Source: a virus (Duplodnaviria; Caudoviricetes). Taken from it: a DNA stretch of 60,836 nucleotides. Below, piece after piece: positions 46,079 to 55,392 of the stretch. Both the position numbers and the translations under genes were made by a program. The notes beneath the pieces are model-generated. The model did not search any database. It worked only from the letters and a program-made list of their open reading frames with translations, and had not been told where the DNA came from. The stretch covers positions 1-60,836 of the IMG/VR virus record IMGVR_UViG_3300020005_000005; one strand, 5' to 3'. The first letter of the stretch is position 1, and the number at the start of each line of letters is the position of its first letter.

Positions 46079-46363
46079 ATGGCTGTAACAAACAAACAAT
46101 TTCAATCAGAATATGACTTCCGTGACGGCTTTAATGTTACACCTAGTGACACGGTCAACCTAGCGCAAGACGCCGGTAATACACCCGGCTATACGTTTGC
46201 CAACGCCCTACTTGTTAGAGCAACAGGTGATGTTTCTTTCCTTACACCGACTGGGTTAACAATCACCATGACAGCCGTACCGGTTAGTACATACATCGTT
46301 GTAGCCGCGAAGCGAGTTAACGCTACAGGCACAACGGCTTCTGTAGCCGCCCTCATTAGATAG
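46079..46363 (+). CDS. Head spike base protein (RcGTA Rcc01079-like)
   Basis: VTPSDTVNL...ALLVRATGDV...KRVNATGTTA pattern; 94 aa. Confidence 0.7.
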   Translation: MAVTNKQFQSEYDFRDGFNVTPSDTVNLAQDAGNTPGYTFANALLVRATGDVSFLTPTGLTITMTAVPVSTYIVVAAKRVNATGTTASVAALIR

Positions 46364-46364
46364 A

Positions 46365-47021
46365 ATGACAACTCAGGAAGCTGTTAATTATTTCAACGTA
46401 CTCATCGATAAATACGGATCTCCCAATGTTATCGATAGTGAGATATTGACTTATCTCAATCACGCTATTAATGAATACCTTAATAGAGTGCTACCTAGCA
46501 ACCAGGGGGGTGTCATAAACTTCGAGGAGGATAAGAATGTAATTGCCAACATTCAGCCGCTGATCTATGCGGTTACCGTTAATATGGATAGTACGGGGTT
46601 GCTCACCGATGCAGTACTCAACGCAGCGGTTGATGTGGCGGCCGGAACCGGCTCAACCTATCTTAGGATCATGTCGGTAGGGCAAACGGTCGCCGGAGTA
46701 ACTTATCCAGTCAAGTATGTTCGCCAAAATAATCTTTGGCCCTTTCATAGAAACTACTTTAAGAAACCAGTAACCACGCAGTCTAAATTTACTTTGGTGG
46801 CCGAAGGTCTTCAATTTTATCCTACAGCCGCCTCCAATGCTTTAAAGGTAGCAGTTATTAAGAAGCCTAATGTCTTGGCATTGTCACCTGTAGTAAATCC
46901 TGAATGGGGCGATATGGAGATGTTTGTTATTATTGCAATAGCATTACAGTTGGGCGGTGTTGCTATTAGGGACGAGGAAGTCATACAGGATTTACGCAAC
47001 ATTACCTTGCAAGGTAAGTAG
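46365..47021 (+). CDS. Tail ring/adaptor protein
   Basis: MTTQEAVNYFNVLIDK...EILTYLNHA; size and synteny with crAss-like ring proteins. Confidence 0.65.
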   Translation: MTTQEAVNYFNVLIDKYGSPNVIDSEILTYLNHAINEYLNRVLPSNQGGVINFEEDKNVIANIQPLIYAVTVNMDSTGLLTDAVLNAAVDVAAGTGSTYLRIMSVGQTVAGVTYPVKYVRQNNLWPFHRNYFKKPVTTQSKFTLVAEGLQFYPTAASNALKVAVIKKPNVLALSPVVNPEWGDMEMFVIIAIALQLGGVAIRDEEVIQDLRNITLQGK

Positions 47022-47356
47022 TGGCTACAGTACAAATAAAGCCGCTGTCAGTAAACCAATGCTGGCAGGGTAGACGGTTTAAAACCAAGGCTTATCAGAG
47101 TTACGAGAAGGAAATGATCCTTCGTCTCAAAAAAGAGAAACTTCCAGAGCCGCCTTTCAAAATTGTTGTTGTTTTTGGTTTTAGTAATAAAGCGTCCGAC
47201 ATAGACAACCCCCTCAAACCCTTGCTCGATATCGTCCAAAAAAAGTACAAAAAGAAATTCAATGACAAGGACATTTATCAGATGATCATTTATAAACAAG
47301 TAGTAAAGAAAGGTAAAGAGTTCGTAAGATTTGCGATATATAATATAGACGATTAA
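47021..47356 (+). CDS. rusA: RusA-family Holliday junction resolvase
   Basis: PLSVN, SDIDNPLKPLLD, NDKDI. Confidence 0.85.
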   Translation: MATVQIKPLSVNQCWQGRRFKTKAYQSYEKEMILRLKKEKLPEPPFKIVVVFGFSNKASDIDNPLKPLLDIVQKKYKKKFNDKDIYQMIIYKQVVKKGKEFVRFAIYNIDD

Positions 47357-48093
47357 TGGCAAGGATAACCAAAGAGAAACTTATAGGTGACGTGGAATTG
47401 CAGCTAACGCAGGCGTTTCCTAGCCAGGATCTTGAACTTGAACAAAGTCAGACTGCCTTTTGGTTAACCAATGTACGTAATGCTTTGGTGGCGCAGGAGA
47501 TAGAGAAATCTTTTAAACAGGGCAAACAGGTACCTCAAATTTATCTAGTCACCGAGACGTGCAAGCAATTAGTAGAAACACCGGTTGGCTGTGTCGACTC
47601 GGGGGAAGATGGAGAAAATGACAATTACTATTTTGCGTTGACTGGTGCAGTAGTAGACGTTAGTGACGATAATGGTATAGTGCAAGTATTATCAGCCGAT
47701 GACGATGGTGATCAAGATGAGATTTTTAAAGCATCGTTACAGTCATTACCTATGTTAAAGGCGATGACTTACACTAAACCCAGTTCGCAGATTGTCAGTT
47801 GGTCCCGTTCTGGAGACTACATTTATGTACAAGGTTTCAAAAATTCAGACATTGATTTTAATAAGATCATAGTTACTTATGTAGCCAAGCAGGATCTACT
47901 TACGATGGCGGATACTGATTTGGTAAACATTACCGACAGTCTGCTCCCTGTTTTAATTGAACAGGTGGTTGAACTTGGTAAGTTAGAACTCTTCGGCACA
48001 CAGGCCGACACGGAGAACAACGCCTCTCCTGATATCAAATCAGTTTATCATAGACAAATAGAATCACCGGCGCAACAACCAACTCAAGCATAA
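47356..48093 (+). CDS. Tail ring protein
   Basis: 245 aa; synteny before the muzzle gene. Confidence 0.6.
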   Translation: MARITKEKLIGDVELQLTQAFPSQDLELEQSQTAFWLTNVRNALVAQEIEKSFKQGKQVPQIYLVTETCKQLVETPVGCVDSGEDGENDNYYFALTGAVVDVSDDNGIVQVLSADDDGDQDEIFKASLQSLPMLKAMTYTKPSSQIVSWSRSGDYIYVQGFKNSDIDFNKIIVTYVAKQDLLTMADTDLVNITDSLLPVLIEQVVELGKLELFGTQADTENNASPDIKSVYHRQIESPAQQPTQA

Positions 48094-48096
48094 TAA

Positions 48097-48798
48097 ATGA
48101 ACACAATAGGAGTTGATGATATCATTGCAACAGTTCAGTCAAGCGGTAAAACAATCACCAGTCACGATAAGTTAATATTTCGTCAATGGATTGCTGTGCT
48201 GTGCTTACCAGTGCTTGGCTTGGCCGAGGAAGATGTAAAAACGGTAGCGCTGTTACCCATCAATGGAACAGTTCCAAAGCCAGATGATGTTCGCTGTGTT
48301 ATTGATATTTCTTTGTTTGATGTAAACGGTTGTCCGCTTGCCCACAAATTTCGCAGAGGCGGCCAACGTATTTATAGGGATGATAGAATATTACCGGCGG
48401 CATTGGTAACTCCACCGGATAACACAGCCCAAGCACTTTCTGGCCTAATACCAGTAGACGTTTCGGAAGATGCTTATTCCATCTTTTTGGGGACTAATGC
48501 CGATAGAGTTACCACGATTCTTTTAAGATATTACGCGGCCGCATTAGACGATGGGGGCTATCCACTGATACGCACCGACGAGAGTATGGCAATTCTTTTA
48601 TTCCTGCACTACATGATAGCCATGCGGGATAATGAAAACCAAAGCGAAATTCAAGCTAAAGAGATCCGTTGGAAACAGGAGGCAGATCGTGTGAAGGCTC
48701 ATAAAAAATCTATGAGTGTAACTAATGAGGTAATGAAGTACATCACAAATAGTGTCTGGATGCGTGGGATTCCAAACTTCAATTTCTCTCAGTATTAA
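48097..48798 (+). CDS. Tail ring protein
   Basis: LRYYAAALDDGGYPLI motif resembling crAss-like ring proteins. Confidence 0.65.
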   Translation: MNTIGVDDIIATVQSSGKTITSHDKLIFRQWIAVLCLPVLGLAEEDVKTVALLPINGTVPKPDDVRCVIDISLFDVNGCPLAHKFRRGGQRIYRDDRILPAALVTPPDNTAQALSGLIPVDVSEDAYSIFLGTNADRVTTILLRYYAAALDDGGYPLIRTDESMAILLFLHYMIAMRDNENQSEIQAKEIRWKQEADRVKAHKKSMSVTNEVMKYITNSVWMRGIPNFNFSQY

Positions 48799-48799
48799 A

Positions 48800-49471
48800 A
48801 TGAAACAAGTTGGTATTTATACTATTTTCTCACCATCGAATAAGGTGTATGTAGGTCAGAGTTGGAATATAAAACATCGTATAGCCTGTTATTCCGGTGG
48901 ACAGTGTGCTCATCAATCAAAATTAAACGCATCGTTTAAGAAATACGGTTGGGAAAACCACAAATTTAATACCGTATTATATCTAAATGAGAAAGTAGAA
49001 CAAAAGATTCTCGATTTTTGGGAACAATATCTTATGGATTTCTACCGGGCTAGAGGGTATGAATTGATGAACATTAGGGAGGGTGGTTCCCGAGGGAAGC
49101 ATACGGAAGAGACAATAAAAAGAATGTGCATAGCACAAAAAGGAAGAATAGTTTCTGAAGAAACTAAGAAAAAACTTTCTGCAATAACTTTAGCCCAAGG
49201 TATGTGTGGAGAAAATCATCCCATGTGGGGTAAAAAACATTCAAAAGAATCTAGGCTAAAAATGTCATTATCTCACTTGGGGTGTAAAAATAGGGCAAAA
49301 GCAGTCATTCAAACAGATAAGTACGGTAATATTAAGGAATGGTTTTCTGCTACGGAGGCTGCCTCTTCGCTAGGAATAAGGAGCATGTCTAATATAAGCG
49401 CGTGCTGTAGAGGTAAAATAAAACAAGCCTACGGCTTCGTCTGGAAATACAAAGAGAAGACGTGCGCATAA
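48800..49471 (+). mobile_element. Free-standing GIY-YIG homing endonuclease
   Basis: GIYTIFSP..KVYVGQS; HPMWGKKHSKESRLKMS; CCRGKIKQAYGFVWKY. Confidence 0.88.
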
Positions 49472-52400
49472 CAAAAAACTCATTCGCCAAAGGGCTTAAT
49501 GCGGACATTGACCCCCAGTCTTTACCCCCCGACTCCTATGTGGATGCGCACAACCTAACCTTGACTTCCGACGGTAAGTTTCTTGCTTTAAAGAACTTTC
49601 AAGGCACTCTGCCGACAGGAGCAGTAACAGGCGGTATTAATACATTGTTTCCAGACTCCACCAACGTAAGATCTATAGTAGGCAAATATAAAGTAGGGGA
49701 CGTCGAGGGGGTAAACTTCATTACTTATTTCATTACAGGAAATGAAGCCGGCGATCAAGGAGCATTCTACATCACAGCGTACGATCTGGATAATGACGTT
49801 CTCTATTACCTGTTTCAACAACAGGGATTAGGAACTGATTATTTTGATGAACACAGAATAGTTGACCTCCGCTCGTTCGCAGAAAATGGAATAGATTACA
49901 TTTACTTTACTGATTTTTTTAATGAGATTAGGCAGCTTCGTTGTGAAATTCCTGCGGGATCTCCTGATTTTTTCCTAACCGAGCAGGATCTTAGTTTACA
50001 ACGGCACGGAGCCAACGGTGTAATAACCTACAATAATTCTACTGTAGTTGACGGTACACTGCTTTCGGGTACATATCAATATGCCTATCGGATGGTGGAT
50101 CCGATTCATAAGCGTTCGACACGCTGGAGTTCTTTGACATCTCCAATACATGTATATCAGCAGGCCAATACGTTCGGTGTAACTCCTGTCTATTCTGCTG
50201 TTGGTATTTCAACGCCTTTTGGAATAACTATAACAATTACGCCAACGGCGGAGGAATCCGCATTATTTTCTTATTATCAATTAGCCGTTGTAGAGAATAT
50301 CTATCCTGTCACTACGCCTGTAACACCTGCCTCTTTACTACCTATCACAGCAGTAACTAATACTCCTTTCGCCGGTTCTTCTGTATTTATTCATCGCTCT
50401 AATGATAAAATAGGTACCGTTCCAATCGAGGAGATAGTGGTTGATCTGGCGGCTATTCAAACGGCCAAAACTTTAGCAATTAAACAAGAGCGCCTCTTTG
50501 CTGGTAATATTAAGTATCATAAACTTGATTTTGATAATGGTACGCCTGCCACTTCCGGTAGTGTATTAACTAGCCATGCCTTTGTTAGTAATCATTTAGG
50601 GGGGTTCAACGATGCTCGATTATCCTCCTTAGATCGAGGTTACTTCCGCGATGAAACTTATAGATTTGGTATAGTTTATCGTGACAAGTACGGTAACAAA
50701 GCGCCCGTCAGTGTGCTTGATTTGAGTACTTTGACGGGTAATCAAATTTCGGGCGGTGCTATAGACTTTCATTTTCCGAGTCGCGCTGTAAGCAATCAAT
50801 ACAGCCTTTTTGATGGTAGTGGTTTTGTTAGGCTTATGGGGCTTAATTTAACCAATATACACAATCATCCTACCTGGGCGGTTGGTTTTGAGATCGTAGT
50901 TGCAAGAAGGATTAAAAATATTTTATTTCAGACACCGCTCATATCCTTGGTTGGCGTTAATGGAGTTGGAACCTTAGACAACTATCCTTCTTTGTCAGTC
51001 AATGTGGCTGATGGTATTGCAGACAATCCTTATCCAAATGCCCAGCCACAAACTAATTCCAAAATTTACGTACCAAGAAATTTATTCTGGCCCGAGTCGA
51101 GATCCATTAAATCACGAACAACCGCGATAGGGGGAACCGGTACCACAGTTAAAATAGGCGAGGCTGTTTTAACGCCCACCAATGATGGTAATCCTGCGTC
51201 AACAACATCTACTATAGCGGAGAACTATTTATATTCAATGATCTTCCCACCTTCCTCTATGTATGGGGCGGCTATACCCTATCAGTTTGTCGGGAACGAG
51301 CAGATTCAAACAGTAGACTACGCGATTGCCAAATTAAATGTAGCCAACTTTAATCCAAACATGGTTGATAGTTTTGGTGGGAGTATAGGTGCGGGGGATA
51401 GTGTAAAAACCAAAATATCGGGTACTTTCTATGCTTTGTCTGACGGGGATTATTATTTTGATTCTGGCTGGAGTGCCAAGACCATTCCCCTAACTAAAAT
51501 AGGCATAAAAGATTATCTGTTCTTAGATAATCTAGCGCCAGGCACTGTATTTGGTGGGAATAGAATACTAGATCACGAGGCTTTAGCTGGGGTTGGAGTC
51601 GACTATGGGGCTACACCACAAGTACAGCGGGGAGCAATTATAGGTCTCGCTATATCCAAACCGGAAATTAACACTATAGGTCCCCTAGTCTTTGCCAACG
51701 GCACACTCAACGATTATACTCTTAGTGCCAATTATATAGTTGGATCCTCCGGTCCGCGCTATGAGGAAGCTAATGTTGGAATTTCGGGGCAGTTTCTCAT
51801 CACCAATAAATACATTAGCGAATATAGTGGTTTTGTAAACAACTCTAGTTACGTTCAGTATTTTGAAATTGTCAACGTGGTTAATAATTTTGGGGATGAT
51901 CGTTATGGAACCATAGATACACCGCATGAATTTATATCAACGGGGACGTCCTACGCCTTCAACGAAACCGAGTTAGCCCTAGTTGCCGCCGGAAGTGTAG
52001 TTAATATTAGTACTTCAGTTTTTGGCGGAGATTGTTTTGTGGCACCTCATACATTCAAGATTGCCGATAGTGCTTATTCTGTAGTCTTTCAAGGTAAGAA
52101 CGAAATCCCCGCTATAATTGATTCTTCCTCGATCACAATCACCAAGTGGGGTCGGTTTTACTACAATCATCCTCCGGGGGGCGTTACTGGAGCACCTATA
52201 AGCCTGCCAGTAGGAGTACAGGGGGCTTCACAGTTTATTGAAGTAGTACTTGAATCTGAATATAACGGCGGGGTAATGGCTGAAGACATCATCAATGGAG
52301 TAGCCGTTGCTAATGGATTTCCGGTGATGAATCTGAGTACAACTCAAAATAGCGAGGGGGCAATACATTCACCCTTACTTTATGACTATAATAACAATCT

Positions 52401-53526
52401 ATCCAAACAGGATGATCAAAAAATATATTTTACACGTCAGCCTTTCAATTTTATTCAGTATAATTTTAAGTCTCGCATTAATTACAGCGACCTCAAGATC
52501 TATGGGTCCGATATTCAGGGATTCGATATTTTTAGGATTGGTAATACTTTTGACTTAGAGGAGAATAAGGGGGCCATCACCAAGTTGGCTGTAGAGGGTG
52601 ATAATATGTATGGCATCCAGGAGACGGGTGTTGTTTACTTACCCACCGGCCAAGTTCAACTCCAGCAGACAGACGCTGGACAACTGGCGGTCGGTACGGG
52701 AGACGTGATTGCTCGACCAATCATTATCAATCAAGCCAGCGGCAGCCAACACATGAACGCAATAGTTGAGACCGGTGACGCCATCTACATACCTAACGTG
52801 GCCAACAAGGACATCTATAAACTACAGGGTAGAAACTTGGAGCCAATTGACAATCTTAATTTCAACACCAAGACTAGACAACTGTTTGCGGAAACTATAC
52901 CGGAGGATAAATTGGTAGGTATCTATGATCAGGATCGAGGAGAGTATTGGTTGGCGGATAACGAGAATAACTTCTGTTACATTTTTTGTGAGGATATTGG
53001 TGAACTCGGTACTTGGGTGGGTAATTATGAATTTTTTGATCCTCTCGATGCGCTAACTTCTAAGTTGGTAGCTGGGGCTTATGGCAATCAACGGCTCTAC
53101 TTGGTAGCCGATACTACCACAGGGGGGCGCACAGTCTTGACGGGCCACGCCATGTACAGGGGTGCGGAAAACAATATGTTTGGTAGGGTTGTTCAGCCGC
53201 GCGTAACCGTTGTGGTTAATCCAGATAGCGACGTAAGCAAAACTTTTGACGTTATGAGTTTTGCGGCAACTGATCGATTGGCCTCCATGGATCTGACCGT
53301 ACAGCGTGAGGCCTCTTTGGGTGATCAAGTAGTCAACAATATATCGCTAGACAATTTGAGTATTGAGGGAAACTACAGGGTCAAAACGCTCAGAGACTCT
53401 TCAAGCGCAAGACTGAGGGGGCTCCGGATGCTTGCTACAATTAAGTGGAAACAAGTTTTATCACAAACGGCAGCATTAAGTTCTGTTTTGGTTAAGTATA
53501 GATGGTCGGCTAGAAATCCTTTTTAA
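49462..53526 (+). CDS. Tail muzzle/stabilisation protein (P22 gp10-like)
   Basis: 1354 aa; NSFAKGLNADID, GTYQYAYR, RLFAGN, RGYFRDETYRFGIVY, RLRG near the C-terminus. Confidence 0.85.
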   Translation: MRITKNSFAKGLNADIDPQSLPPDSYVDAHNLTLTSDGKFLALKNFQGTLPTGAVTGGINTLFPDSTNVRSIVGKYKVGDVEGVNFITYFITGNEAGDQGAFYITAYDLDNDVLYYLFQQQGLGTDYFDEHRIVDLRSFAENGIDYIYFTDFFNEIRQLRCEIPAGSPDFFLTEQDLSLQRHGANGVITYNNSTVVDGTLLSGTYQYAYRMVDPIHKRSTRWSSLTSPIHVYQQANTFGVTPVYSAVGISTPFGITITITPTAEESALFSYYQLAVVENIYPVTTPVTPASLLPITAVTNTPFAGSSVFIHRSNDKIGTVPIEEIVVDLAAIQTAKTLAIKQERLFAGNIKYHKLDFDNGTPATSGSVLTSHAFVSNHLGGFNDARLSSLDRGYFRDETYRFGIVYRDKYGNKAPVSVLDLSTLTGNQISGGAIDFHFPSRAVSNQYSLFDGSGFVRLMGLNLTNIHNHPTWAVGFEIVVARRIKNILFQTPLISLVGVNGVGTLDNYPSLSVNVADGIADNPYPNAQPQTNSKIYVPRNLFWPESRSIKSRTTAIGGTGTTVKIGEAVLTPTNDGNPASTTSTIAENYLYSMIFPPSSMYGAAIPYQFVGNEQIQTVDYAIAKLNVANFNPNMVDSFGGSIGAGDSVKTKISGTFYALSDGDYYFDSGWSAKTIPLTKIGIKDYLFLDNLAPGTVFGGNRILDHEALAGVGVDYGATPQVQRGAIIGLAISKPEINTIGPLVFANGTLNDYTLSANYIVGSSGPRYEEANVGISGQFLITNKYISEYSGFVNNSSYVQYFEIVNVVNNFGDDRYGTIDTPHEFISTGTSYAFNETELALVAAGSVVNISTSVFGGDCFVAPHTFKIADSAYSVVFQGKNEIPAIIDSSSITITKWGRFYYNHPPGGVTGAPISLPVGVQGASQFIEVVLESEYNGGVMAEDIINGVAVANGFPVMNLSTTQNSEGAIHSPLLYDYNNNLSKQDDQKIYFTRQPFNFIQYNFKSRINYSDLKIYGSDIQGFDIFRIGNTFDLEENKGAITKLAVEGDNMYGIQETGVVYLPTGQVQLQQTDAGQLAVGTGDVIARPIIINQASGSQHMNAIVETGDAIYIPNVANKDIYKLQGRNLEPIDNLNFNTKTRQLFAETIPEDKLVGIYDQDRGEYWLADNENNFCYIFCEDIGELGTWVGNYEFFDPLDALTSKLVAGAYGNQRLYLVADTTTGGRTVLTGHAMYRGAENNMFGRVVQPRVTVVVNPDSDVSKTFDVMSFAATDRLASMDLTVQREASLGDQVVNNISLDNLSIEGNYRVKTLRDSSSARLRGLRMLATIKWKQVLSQTAALSSVLVKYRWSARNPF

Positions 53527-53528
53527 AT

Positions 53529-53592
53529 ATGAGTGGAGTTGGAATTTATCTAATCATATCACTGGAAGTATAAACATAAAAAAGATGCCTAG
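53529..53592 (+). pseudogene. Internally deleted GIY-YIG endonuclease relic
   Basis: MSGVGIYLIIS joined out of frame to WKYKHKKDA*. Confidence 0.7.
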
Positions 53593-54235
53593 TCCTTATT
53601 ATCTACCTTCGTTCAACACCAATCCAGCCTCCTTCGGTAGAGGTATTAATTCCCGTGTAGCCGGACTCGATCCGCGCTTTACCAACAAAGGGAACATCGA
53701 TTATGGTGGTCAGAACAGCGGATCGTTTACAGAAGGCCAGGCTGCGGGGGCTATAGGTGGAGCAATAGGCTTAGGAGCCCAGGCTTACGGAATGAGTCGT
53801 CAGGGTCTCAACTTGCCACAGTACGACATGACTCAACAGTACTCTCCCACCGGTCAGCCGTCTTACAACGGGGAGATTGAAAACACAGCAACCAATGCTC
53901 GCGTACAACGGGGTGCGACAGGGGGAGAGATAGGAGGAGCAGTCGCCACGGGGGCTCTAACGGGGGCCAGTGTGGGTGGGCCGTGGGGGGCTGTTGTTGG
54001 TGGCGCAGTAGGTGCCGGCACCGCTATTGTAGGCGGGGCTGCAAGGGGAAATCGCCAACAGCGAGATAAAAATAGAGCAGAGGCTTCAGCATCCGGGTAT
54101 CAGTCCGCCTATAATTCCGCATCCAAAAACTTTGAGCAAAATCAGAACGCACAAATAGATTATCAGAGACGAACTAACAATTACAAAAGATTCCAAAATC
54201 TTTATTCTTTACCTTCTCAATACTACTATGGATAA
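53585..54235 (+). CDS. Internal virion/ejection protein with Gly-Ala membrane segments
   Basis: GASVGGPWGAVVGGAVGAG glycine-zipper-like segment; follows the muzzle gene. Confidence 0.65.
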   Translation: MPSPYYLPSFNTNPASFGRGINSRVAGLDPRFTNKGNIDYGGQNSGSFTEGQAAGAIGGAIGLGAQAYGMSRQGLNLPQYDMTQQYSPTGQPSYNGEIENTATNARVQRGATGGEIGGAVATGALTGASVGGPWGAVVGGAVGAGTAIVGGAARGNRQQRDKNRAEASASGYQSAYNSASKNFEQNQNAQIDYQRRTNNYKRFQNLYSLPSQYYYG

Positions 54236-54384
54236 AATCTTCGCTATTTATAAAATTACTTCTCCTTCCGATAAAATTTATATTGTTCAGACAACATTTA
54301 AGCCTGTCTCACAAAGGTAAACCTTGGTCCTCGGCGAGACGGATTGCTCAAAATAACAGAAAAAAATATGCAACGATATCTTGA
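54228..54384 (+). pseudogene. Internally deleted GIY-YIG endonuclease relic
   Basis: MDKIFAIYKITSPSDKIYIVQT joined out of frame to HLSLSHKGKPWSSARRIAQNNRKKYATIS*. Confidence 0.7.
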
Positions 54385-55387
54385 AATTTTACGCGCACTG
54401 CGCGGTGGGCGTGATGTCTCCCAGGAGGACATCAAATATTTTGCTTCCTTCCATCAAGACTTTGATGCGGGTCAGTATGAAAAGTTGAAAGGCAAACTGG
54501 CTTCTGAAGAAGGTCTTAAGTCAATGACTGACGAAGATTTCGACAGTTATGTTAATGAGGCCCGCAAGATGCTCACTACGGGTAAGTACAAGGAGGACGT
54601 GATCGACATAGCCAAACAAGCGGAGGCAGGTAAGGTGGCCGCTAAAGTTACCACCGGCCTCAATACACTTTTAGCCGGCACAGATATAGCAATATCGCTA
54701 GGTCAAATTGGTAAAGCTAATCAACAGTTAGCGGGGATTAAGCGACCAGCGCGTCCGGCTGTTCTTCAGCGCGATCAGGATCTGGCCCAGGCTCTCCAGG
54801 AGGCCCATCGTGGAACTCTAGACCAATCAGCGGCGTTGCAACCTGCGCGTTTAGCCAATCTGGATACCTACAAAGCAGATCTAGCCCAGGGGGCTATCGC
54901 TTCAGAAGGCCAACCTGGGGCCTACGGAGCCTATGGCCAGGCCGCCGCTGGACGCATGTATCGCGCCAATGCCGAACTCGTGCCGCTGGGCAACGAAATT
55001 AAGCGCCAAGAACAAGGTAGATACGACCAATTGCTTGGCATGAGACAGCAGGAAGGGCAAGCTATCAACCAATCACAATCCCAATTTTATCCGCAAGATC
55101 TCTATCAATATGGTATTGATAGACAAGCAGCGGCTAGTCTTGGACAAACCGGCAGATCCAACTTGAGAGATTCTTTAACCGGATTGGCTGCGCAGGTTCC
55201 GGCTATTGGGCAAGAGTTTAGCAATCGCCGATACGACGATATCTATAATCAGATGTCAGCCTATGGGCACGAACACGCACAGACAGCAGCCGATGCTTGG
55301 AAGGACTTAAATGATATTCATCAAAGCAATCAGGGTTATCAATACGGGCCTCCGCGTGATATGTACGACAAAGCCTTTAGATTTTAA
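54368..55387 (+). CDS. Internal virion/ejection protein
   Basis: Ala/Gln-rich helical protein in the cargo gene position. Confidence 0.6.
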   Translation: MQRYLEILRALRGGRDVSQEDIKYFASFHQDFDAGQYEKLKGKLASEEGLKSMTDEDFDSYVNEARKMLTTGKYKEDVIDIAKQAEAGKVAAKVTTGLNTLLAGTDIAISLGQIGKANQQLAGIKRPARPAVLQRDQDLAQALQEAHRGTLDQSAALQPARLANLDTYKADLAQGAIASEGQPGAYGAYGQAAAGRMYRANAELVPLGNEIKRQEQGRYDQLLGMRQQEGQAINQSQSQFYPQDLYQYGIDRQAAASLGQTGRSNLRDSLTGLAAQVPAIGQEFSNRRYDDIYNQMSAYGHEHAQTAADAWKDLNDIHQSNQGYQYGPPRDMYDKAFRF

Positions 55388-55392
55388 ATAAG

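Noticed and set aside
8828-49471. Group I introns or inteins hosting the endonucleases
   Set aside because: Flanking genes are complete and abut or overlap the endonucleases, leaving no room for intron cores; terL and the helicase are of normal length
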